From the NCBI GenBank assembly GCA_032718475.1, contig JAUCBJ010000963.1:1-48072 (forward strand): a stretch of 48,072 nucleotides of DNA, in the 5' to 3' direction. A program made the translations under genes and the position numbers. This stretch comes from Nemertoderma westbladi. Its lineage: Eukaryota > Animalia > Xenacoelomorpha. This document shows, one piece after another, positions 12,833 through 22,900 of this stretch; positions within the stretch are counted from its first letter, which is position 1; each line of letters starts with the position of its first letter. The notes under the pieces are model-generated. The model had not been told where the DNA came from, ran no database searches, and was given only the letters and a program-made list of their open reading frames with translations.

Positions 12833-14154
12833 TACTACTACTACTAGTATCGGCATGCTGCATTGCAGCTGAATTTTTAAGAATGCTGTACCGGCTTGTC
12901 GACAAAATTGCGCCGCCACAACTCCCTATCACCCATGACATTTGCTAGATTATCCGCATCTTCAAGGCCAGTGTCCTTTAAGATGCGTCTCAAGAAAGTC
13001 ATGGGCTGTCCACCATGCTTATTCACTCCATGAGGCTGCCAAAGCACAAGAATATGCACTGGCTGGTCCTCACGGCGAAAGCAATGTCCTGCAAAGCGGA
13101 GGCGATTTTGTTCTAGTGTCAAGCTTGGGGGAACCAATGAGACACCTCCAATGTTATATAGTGTCTGTTTGGAGATGTGTGCATTGTACTTGACACAATA
13201 AACCCGGCGTAGCATTCTTGTTAATATGCCATCCAGAGATTTGGTGTCCTCAGCAGTTGGAGCCCAGCATGGACTCCCATAGAGGAGTACTGGAACTACT
13301 GCTGCTCTAAATAATCAGACCTTAAGTTTCCGATTAATTCTCTGTGACTTCCAAATCCTGGAAAGCCTATTCAAGGCTGCCCATGCCTTTCCCTTACGTA
13401 TTCGAAGGTCCTCACCTGACTTCCGGATCCATGATCCCAGGTAACAGAAGTCGTCCACATGCTCAAGCATACCATCCTTTGAGCTTATGCTCATCCGGTC
13501 AGAGACTTGCTGAGGACTTTCAAAGTTAACTGTCAAAATTTTCGTCTTTTAGAAGTTAATAAAAAGACCAACACTAGAAGCAGCCTGTTCTAATGAGCTG
13601 AGGAGCCGTTGGGCTCCCTCTAGTGATTCTGAGAGTACTCCTAAGTCATTAGCAAAGTGTAGATCAGTTAGGTACTTGGCAGGATTTCCTCGACTTCTGG
13701 AGCCAGTAGGTGGAGTTACCATCACCTCCCATCATCATTATGATCATCTAAGGACATGCGTAAAACATAGTCAACCATCCCATAATACTTCAAATGGTTC
13801 TGTGTCACCATCAACAGTAGACACAAAATGTTGTCGAACCATCGTATACTGATCTGATTGCTGCAATAATTTCATCAGGAATCCCATATAATGAAAGTAT
13901 GTTGAACATATGTGAGCGAGAGACTGAATCAAAGGCCTTGAAGAAGTCAACAAAGATAGCAGCCAGATGCCTGTCTTTCTTTTTTGATAACTCTTCAATT
14001 ATCCTTCTAAGTGCCAAAATGGGCTCCATGTTCCCACGACCTTTACGGAACCCTTTCTGATTTTCACGGAGCAGTCTCTCAATGGGATCCCTGATGCCAT
14101 TTAATAGAATTCTATTGTATAGCTTTGCAGCAATCGAGATCAATGAGATTCCCC
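12833..14154 (-). mobile_element. RTE-clade LINE, 5'-truncated and decayed, (TAG)n tail
   Basis: RT motifs ISIAAKLYNRILL, ENQKGFRKGR, FVDFFKAFDSV, VDDFCYLGS, NRLRFAGHCFR; tandem TAC (TAG on -) tail at 12833-12847. Confidence 0.9.
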
Positions 14155-14327
14155 AAAAAGAACCATAGAGTGTTAGGTTACATATTACATATATATATAT
14201 TTATATTCTATAGATAAGTATTAATGTAGGCTGTGGCTTTAATTAGTGACTAGACGAATAACTTTTCAATGAAACTGAAACTTGAAATTTTGCTACGGTT
14301 GACTTGGAAAACAAAGGATGTTCTGAT

Positions 14328-14640
14328 AACTAGAAAGTCAGCAAACTGGCTTTAAGAAGACCGTCTATAAGAAAAAAACCGAAGAAACTAAATGAAAATC
14401 CCCATGAAATATCAATCCAAATCAATATGTAAACCTCTCCCTCCATGTAGCCATGGAGAAAGCAGAATTAATGTCATGACCAGTTCCAAACAGACAACCC
14501 TCCCCAATCAACACTGCAGCCTCCTTGCTACCTCTCTCTGCCCAGCTAGCTACGAGTTCAATAATTACCTAACGTTGATATGATACAGAGAAAAATCCTT
14601 CACCATTCACTAACAGTCTGATTCAAGCCTGCTTGGGCGA
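14328..14640. mobile_element. Partial copy of the MITE family at 28361-28869
   Basis: Starts aactagaaagtcagcaaactggctttaa, similar to 28361 aactagaaagccagcaagctggctttaa. Confidence 0.45.
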
Positions 14641-16032
14641 ATATTACAAATTTATACACTATATAATTTTTAATCAATAAACAATCATACATCTTTATAT
14701 TAATCTATCGAATAAATAAAAACTTTGTGAGAATGGGACACGGCGAATCGACTTATGGTATACGGTACTTACTACTTAACTTTACTTACTACCTACTACT
14801 TAATTGTACCTCATTAATTAATTACCGAAATAAGAACCCAAATAATCGATACGTCATTTCTTTGTATAGTTGACCATCAATTATAGGGGTGTTTGAAAAA
14901 GGTGTACTGGACACAGAAAACATGGACAGTGGACAGACCAATCACGGGCGATTTGCATCACACAGCATGTCCACCTTTTTCAGCTTTGTTGTCCACCTTT
15001 TTCAAATTTGAATAAGGTGGACTGGGCAGGACATTGGAAATAACAGGCAATGAATTGACCAATCAGATTGATTTGCACATTATAGCATGGATTATTATTG
15101 TTATTATTATCCCATACTTACTGTGACCAACCGAAGTTGTTCGAAATTCAAGTTCAATAATATGGGGCGAGCCACGAAGTCTGTGAGCTTAGCCTTAGCA
15201 TCAATATTGGAACTTCAATATTCTAACTCATCACAGTATAAAGTTAATTATAATAACTACCTATTGTACTGAGAGGAAATTATAATATGCTTTATTTACC
15301 GTTACCGATACTGCCATGAAGTACAATGACATTGGAAATGAATGGACGTTAGTAACAAGCTCAGCAGTAAGAAACTTGGCCAATGCATCAATTGGAGGAG
15401 TAGGAATTCTGCTAAGTCCATTTGCACTTAAGACCCTAAACAACATCGAATCTATAAATTCCAGGGTTATGATCGCAACATTTGATGGTAATCCCAAGAC
15501 AACAGTAATATGTTGCTACAGTCCAACCAATGCCTCAGAGCCAGAACAAGCAGTCAAGTTTTATGAAGATCTGACTGGTCTTATAAAGGACATAAAGGTA
15601 AAGGATCAAACACAATGTTAACGTCATTGCTGATGAAACAAAAAGTGGAAAAACAGCATGATCAACTACGAGGCATACAGCTCGTTCAACCTAATTGGTT
15701 CGGACCACAGAATTGTGACTGCAGAGATCAGACTCAGTTTGAGAGCCAGCAAACCCAGGACAAGCAAGCAAATCAACTATGACTGGGAGAAACTCAGAAC
15801 TGACAATGCAGTAAAGGATGCTTACACAGTAGAAGTTCCAAACCGCTTTGAAGCACTTCAGTCAATGGATGAAGACTAGTCCACCGATTCAATATACCAG
15901 AATATAATAAAAGCCCACAAGGAATCAGCTAAGAGGCATATCCCCCAGAAACCCAAACGAAAACAGTATGTCCCACGGCAAAACTCTGAGGTTACTTGTA
16001 AGAGAGAAGATCTTAAGATAGCCTACAAAGTA

Positions 16033-16102
16033 CTACTACTACTACTAGGATCGGCATGCTGCATTGCAGCTGCATTTTTAAGAATGCTGTGCCGGCTTGT
16101 CA
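16033..16102 (-). mobile_element. 70-bp 3'-terminal fragment of the 12833-14154 RTE family, 8-bp TSD ACAAAGTA
   Basis: Near-identical to 12833-12902; ACAAAGTA at 16025-16032 and 16103-16110; removal restores host frame DLKIAYKVKTEQ. Confidence 0.9.
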
Positions 16103-16396
16103 ACAAAGTAAAAACCGAACAACCAACAACCGAAAACATTAACAAGATTGAGAAAGCTAAGGACGATCTTAAATTGGCCTACAACATCAGCCAGGAAAAG
16201 TATATACAGGATAAAATTGAAGCAATTACAACTGCTCACATACAGCAACAATCAAGACTCACCTGGCAAACTGAATGAGGTATCTGGTCGGAAAAGTTGT
16301 GCAAAGGGGCGCCTCAAAGCCGATAGTCCCGAAGAACGTGTGGGGAAGTGGAAAAATCACTTCAGCAACTTGCTTGGGCAGCCACCAAACATTGAG

Positions 16397-16649
16397 TGAT
16401 AATTAAAGGTCGTACGCGACATCCTGACTAACAGGGGCTTGTTATATATATATAAAAAATAAATAAACAGGTAAACAATAGAGTCTTACACCCCACAAAG
16501 CAATAAAAAAAAATAACATAGAATCAGGACATTATGCCCAAAATCGATGGCCCGAGGGCCGAGTACTATTTTGGGCGTAATGTCCTGATTCTATGTTTTT
16601 TTTTTATTTTTTTGTGGGGTGTAAGACTCTATTGTTTACCTGTTTATTT
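16397..16649. mobile_element. Palindromic insertion (hairpin 16460-16650) inside the RTE LINE
   Basis: taaataaacaggtaaacaatagagtcttacaccccacaaa mirrored by tttgtggggtgtaagactctattgtttacctgtttattta; flanked by accaaacat(t/c)gag. Confidence 0.8.
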
Positions 16650-18439
16650 ACCAAACATCGAGGTCAGCCCTACAAGGAAAATATATGACAAGACACTACC
16701 TATAGAGACAGGGGACTTCACACCTGCGGAACTCCAAAGAAGCATTAAAAGCATGTCCAATAATAAAGCGAGTGGATTAGATGAAATCCCAGTGGAGGTA
16801 TGGAAAACAGGAGTGCTAAACAGACCATTATTGAATGTTTGCAACCGGATGTTAAAAGGGGAAAAGCCACCACCAATTTGGACTAAAGGTCAACTAAAGC
16901 CTCTCCCCAAGAAAGGAGACCTCGGTATACCAACAAACTATCGTGGGATCTGTCTGCTTGTGGTAGCTGCCAAAATATACAATAAAATGATTCTATATAG
17001 GATTAGGCCTCACATAGAGAAACTACTGCGTAAGAGCCAAAACGGATTTCGACCAAGTAGATCAACAATAGCTCAGATACGTGCACTATGGAGACTGATT
17101 GAAGGAATTAAGTCAAAGAATCTCACTGCAGTCATGACTTGTGGACTTCAAGAAGGCATTCGACTCCATCCATAGAGGTAAAATGCTTGAAATCCTAAGA
17201 GCTTAAGGAATACCAGAAGTAATTGTTGCTGGTATTGGATTGTTATATTGTGACACAGAAGCACAGGTACTCTCACCAGATGGTGAAACTGAGTTTTTCT
17301 GAGAAACTTCGCGGATGACATCGCCCTGCTTTCTAATCCGCTAGCAGATGCACAGCTTCTACTAAATAAAGTGGAGAGGGCTGCTAAGGAGGTTGGATTG
17401 CATATAAATGCTTCCAAGACCGAATTCATGACTTTTAATGTTGATGGACACTTGACAACCATTGATAATAATCAACTAAGGAAGGTTGACGACTTCCAGT
17501 ACCTAGGATTATGGATAGAGAGTAGCAAAAAGGACATAGAAGTTATTAAAGCAAAGGCTTGGGTAGCTCTATCAAAAATGGATACCATCTGGAAATCAGA
17601 TGATTCAGAATCAGAATCAGATCTTCAGATACCATCTGAAGACTAAGTTATTTCGAGTCACAGTGGAAAGTGTATTTTTATATGGGGGTGAGACCTGGAC
17701 ACTCACTAAATCACTTGAACAACGAATTGATGGTTGCTACACAAGACTACTAAGGGCAGCCCTAAACATCAGCTGGAGACAAAACATGACAAACGCCGAG
17801 CTTTATGGTACAATACCACCTGTATCAAACACCCTCCGTGAATGCAGATTAAGATTCAGTGGGCACTGCTGGCGAAGTAAAGACGAGGTCATACCAGATC
17901 TACTTTTCTGGCAACCAACTCATGGAAAGCGTAGTCGTGGACGACCGGCCATAACATATATAGATCAACTTGAAAGGGATGCTGAACTTGAGAGAAACGA
18001 AATTGCGACAACTATGGAGAATCGGGAAGCCTGGAAGGATCTCATTTCCACTGTCCGAGTTCGCTCGACTTAGTGGTGGTGGTATTTACCATTCATCCCA
18101 AGATCTGTTATTAAACGACGGAGCGCAGCGAGGGAGGTAAATAAGTCCCCATATTTTGGGAGTGGCGGTACGAAACCCTAATTCAAAGTGGAAATGGAGG
18201 TCCAAAACCTTAACTAAAACTGTCATGTAACCCCAACCTTAAATATTTTGGATCCCAAATTCCACAAAATTTCTTAGATTACAGCATCGGGACTTTAAGG
18301 TTGCAGGGTTACTAATGACAGTTTTAATTAGGGTTTGGGCCTGACCAACTAACCCCAACCACAAAATTAAACCAATAAATCCAAGTTAAATTGCTGTACG
18401 GTACGCTAGACCTACTATTATTATACTGTAAGTCTATAG

Positions 18440-18533
18440 GAGGACAATCCGCTCGCTCGGGGGGTAGATACGCCTAGGACACCGACAGCATTCTTAATGC
18501 AGCTGCTTCCAGCATGCCCATTATAGATAGATA
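18440..18533 (+). mobile_element. Short 3' end of a related RTE-like element with (ATAG)n tail
   Basis: acagcattcttaatgcagctgcttccagcatgcc resembles the sense 3' end of the 12833 element (acagcattcttaaaaattcagctgcaatgcagcatgcc). Confidence 0.55.
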
Positions 18534-19269
18534 ATTGAAACCTGAAAAAGGTGGACAGTCCAATCACTAATAAATTGCATTGCTTTAATACGTTTCTGAT
18601 TGGTCGGACAGTCCACCTTTTTCAAACACACATCTTATTCCCAATTATGTAACTAAGAAAGCGAAAACTTGAAAAAGGTGGACAGACCAATTGCTACAAA
18701 CTGCTTTACATAATACGTTTCTGATTGGTCTGTCCGTTTTCCATGTTTTCTGTGTCCAGTCCACCTTTTCAAACACCCCAATTATAGCACATTACCTTCC
18801 AAGCCAATGTCAATGTGCACAAACATACATACATACAAACATACGTTTTTTTTTCACAGCAAGAAGCCCTGACGATCTTCTAATAAATTTAAATACTAAT
18901 AAGTTGCCTACCAGCTTACTAAAGGCTAATTTATTTTCCCTACATATCTAGGAACATCACTGAACACAAGTTTTCCCACTAACTTTACTCAATTCGCTGA
19001 ACTTTAGCAAAGAATTTGACAGTTGGGAATTTCACTTTCGTACGCCTCCCGCACTTTACAATTTTTTGAAGCAATAATTCTGAGACATAAACTGCTGCAG
19101 GTTTTCCAAACTGCTTTTTTATAAAGAACCGATAATTGGTTTTTCCAAGAAACACAAGCACTATAATATTTTAGTTCATTTTCTTGATGCACAGTGCTAA
19201 AGTATGCACAAAAAGTCGTACGAATGTCCCGCACTTTACATGGAATGGGCAACTTGCTATATAATATGT

Positions 19270-19296
19270 CAGATTGGGCTGGCCAGGGGCGGGGCT
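19270..19296 (+). promoter_or_regulatory. Candidate proximal promoter: inverted CCAAT and GC box
   Basis: attgg at 19273 and ggggcggggc at 19286-19295, just upstream of the metalloprotease ORF. Confidence 0.35.
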
Positions 19297-19362
19297 ATCA
19301 ATATTAAACAGACCATGGATTCCCTGTTAAATAACAGGTCAGTTAAGAAGTCCACATAGTCT

Positions 19363-19932
19363 ATGAGAAGAATATTAAAGAGGTTTTGTTTACTAATAGT
19401 TTTAAATATTTCAGATTACCAAATTCTTGTTTCATTATTTTGCATTAAAGGTGTTTTATGTTATTTACCATTATATACTGCTACGCATGGTGATGAAATC
19501 GTATTCAATAGTCGATTAGAAAGAAATCCATGGTTTCCCGACCGTGGTAGATCCTGGAGAAACTGTAACTGTAAATATGTTTCACCGGTTCCCATTTCTG
19601 TGAAAGAAGAACTCAAACTATCTCCTTTCTACAAGAAATACCTCCACGCTTACGGTATTCCAATAATAAGCTCGGACAAGGTATCAGACAGTGCACTAAC
19701 TCGAGCCTGTTATACGGTTTGGTTTCTCTTCGCTGATAGGCGGGATTTAAGGGACGCTTACTATAACGCTCAAGGACGAGTCGGTGTTATCGCATCCAAT
19801 GAGAGGGCCACTGACATTCCGGAACATGCTCCTTTCTCAGACCTCGGTTGGTCGCGAGGATTGGGTGCAACTTTATTTGCTCCCATATCAACTTCTGGAG
19901 AGGAGAACCAAAGTTGTTATCCCAGGGCAGAG
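19363..19932 (+). CDS. Exon 1: signal-like N terminus and N-half of the zincin domain
   Basis: LSPFYKKYLHAYGIPIISSDKVSDSAL...TDIPEH...SRGLGAT...STSGEENQSCYP; donor gag|gtaaat. Confidence 0.85.
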
Positions 19933-22900
19933 GTAAATGCAAATAAACTATAATTCATACAATTAGCTTTTATTTATTTGAGTTAGTTTCCTCCCGTGGA
20001 TGGTTATCATTACTGTTTCTCGGTATGCCAACTGTGTTCTCTTCATAAACAGTTACAGATCCGAATTTTCCATTTAATTCTAAATTATTCAAAATACATC
20101 CATTCAATATGATAATGTATTTCAAATATAAAAAATTATTTTAATAATTCATGAAAATTATTGCATTTATTTATAAATTATAGTTATTATATAATGACCA
20201 AGGCGTTCTTATTTTGCTCTCAAGGATCCATATAGTGGGGAGGACATATTTGTCCATGAGCTTGCTCACGGAATACATGGAGTGGCTATATTAGAACATG
20301 ATAAAGACGGATTGTTTGCTGATATTAAGAACGCCTACAAGATGGCAATGCTAAATGGGTTATGGTATGACACGTATGCGGCAACTAATTCAAATGAGTA
20401 TTTTGCAGAAGGTAGGGAGGGCATTTAACATACGTAAATTATACAATTAATAGTGGCCATAAACTATAACAACCGCTATTCAGAACATGTATAACTTTGT
20501 AACAGAACCGAACCGCTATGCTTTAATATTAAACTGACCACTAACAACCCTTAGTAGAATATATACTTTTTTTTTTATCAATAATGAGAAATTTTAAATT
20601 TCTTTGAGGTGAGGGTGAGGGTGAGGCTAGGTTTTGTAAGAATATCATTAAATATTTAGTGAAAAGAGTTCAGTATATTTCCATTGGAAAGTACAGAATT
20701 TATCAATCGTTTCTTAGGAAATGTAATCCGGTCCTGCAGATTTCCCTTTTTTTAGGTCAGCTTAGCGAGACCTCTCGTAACCAATCCGTTTGTTGTTTTT
20801 GGTGATTTCCACTTTACTTTTGCTCACTTGATACAGTATTACGCTTTTGCTCATGTAGAGCGTTGGACTTGGATTTCGAGATACCGGGTTTAATCCCACA
20901 CTTAGTTGTTATAGATCGATTTTGTAAAATTGGAGGTAGGAAATTTGAATTACTGCACTACTGCTGCACTACAGTGTGAATTTGCTTTAACCCTCAATAT
21001 ACCGTGGGGAGTTTCATATGATTATTATGTTATAAATATTTCATATTATTAATTTCTTTTGTTATTCTGTTCCCTACATTATTTATTACATTAAAATAAC
21101 ATATTTTGACTTAGAAGGAATTTAATTGAATTGCAATTTTTGTTAAAAGGTTAATAGAACAACCAATTAAATAGTTATATATAAAACCTCCAATCAATTT
21201 CCCTTCTTCGAAATGTTCCACAAAAGCAAAAAAAGCAAACACTTTTTATAATATATTTATTTTAGTTACCCAAAGTTATTTTGGAGTGAATGGGGAAGGA
21301 GGTAGCAACCGCCCCGATGGCGTTCACAATCACATTACTGACAGGTACAAGTTACTGGAATACGACCACTTCGCCATGTCCATCATTAATGCCACATTTC
21401 CGTGCCACAATAAGATAATTGACAGATGTTCGCGCAGAGGTTTGTTATAAATATATAAAATATTATTCAATATTATAAATAAAAAATTCTATAATATAAT
21501 ATTACAATTTACAATGATAATAAATTTCATATAAATAACTTTATAGAGGCTCATGTGGCCTGTTAGTTACCTGCTATTAGCATGTTATTAGCCTGCTATT
21601 CGCATGTTATATTTCTTTTAATTATTATAATATATTAAAAAATAAATAACAGAACTCGTGGCATACCCATTAATGTTATGTGGTTCTTAAATATCTCTAC
21701 CGGTAGATATAGGAGATGTCAATATAATATCAGCCTCTATCAATAAATTATGGCCTAATAATAGCAGACATTTCAAATGGATTAACCTGTAATATTACAG
21801 GTTTCAGAGACGGCTTGTAAGCGGATTCAATTCCATACATTATCCACCCGAAAATGGGACCAGTGGCATTTTATTAATATAGTTGGGGATACGAGATTAC
21901 CAATAATAATTTCGCCTCATAACCAACTTTGGGGGGGGGGGGGCGAAGTGCCAAAGTGACAATTAGTATATTAGCCAATACCAGGGAGGGAAGCACGTGA
22001 ACAGAGATAGGAAAGCATCCACTGGGTACAGAAGGCCAAGTAGAGTAAGAGGTGAAACCAATATCTATGTGTATCAATCATATATTATTCTGTGTTACTG
22101 ATTTACCGGTCAGTTCATTAATCACAGAGTTGCAGACCGGTCATAGTTTATGACCGTCACCGCCACCAACATAACCAATTAATATCTGTGTATTTTCTGC
22201 CGTTATTCTGTATCGTGATATTCATTACATACTGATTCTGTGCTATTATCATCCGGTACATTAATATTGAAAAACACAAACTCTATTATTTTCCCCGACG
22301 GCCTTCGGCCAAAACGACTATAGTACAACAGCACCAGCGGAACGGTGACGCGTACAAATCTAACCCGGTCGGGATCTACGATCCCGTCACACGGCTTTTT
22401 CTAACCAAAACAATAAACGATGTTGTTACCAATTGAGGGAAAGGAGCAGGTTACTGAGACGGGTTTTTCTAACCAAAACAATAAACGATGTTATTATACA
22501 TTTATTACCGGGATGATAACTACCCCTTAGTCTGGGCTAGGGCCAAAAAAAAGTTATTTTGTCCTAAGGAAAAATAACCTTGTTATTCCCTCTTAGAAGT
22601 AGTGAAATGTTTATCGTGACACCACATACTGACAAACAAACATAGGAACAGGTAATGATGGTAACAGGTAACAGGATATGATTTGCAGGATATAAGCGCA
22701 TGTCATATAGATATTTTTACATACGATATAACAACAAACGATATTGTTTTGGTTAGAAAAAGCTGTCTCTATAACCTGGTCCTTTCTCTCAATTGTAATA
22801 TATTTAATTGTAAATATTTTTCGTGGAATTTCTTAAATTTTATTACATGTTTTGAAAGAGCATCAAAGTAGAAAATGTTTGAAGCTTAGCACGTAATTTG

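Larger units (their letters stand above)
15316..18083 (+). mobile_element. RTE-clade LINE (APE endonuclease + RT), disrupted
   Basis: APE motifs GGVGILLS, CYSPTN, GSDHRIV; RT motifs KASGLDEIP, NYRGICLL, QNGFRPSRST, FADDIALL, FQYLG, RLRFSGHCWR; ends VRVRST* followed by short (GGT)n. Confidence 0.92.
14886..18779. mobile_element. Non-autonomous TIR DNA transposon (GGGG termini, 7-bp TSD AATTATA) containing nested insertions
   Basis: ~58-bp TIR ggggtgtttgaaaaaggtgtactggacacagaaaacatgg / ccatgttttctgtgtccagtccaccttttcaaacacccc; AATTATA at 14879-14885 and 18780-18786; subterminal aaaaggtgga repeats. Confidence 0.85.

Noticed and set aside
19315-19359. Strong-context ATG (ACCATGG) as the protease start
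   Set aside because: In-frame TAG at 19357-19359, and the nearby donor (phase 2) does not match the 19414 acceptor (phase 1); it may be a uORF.
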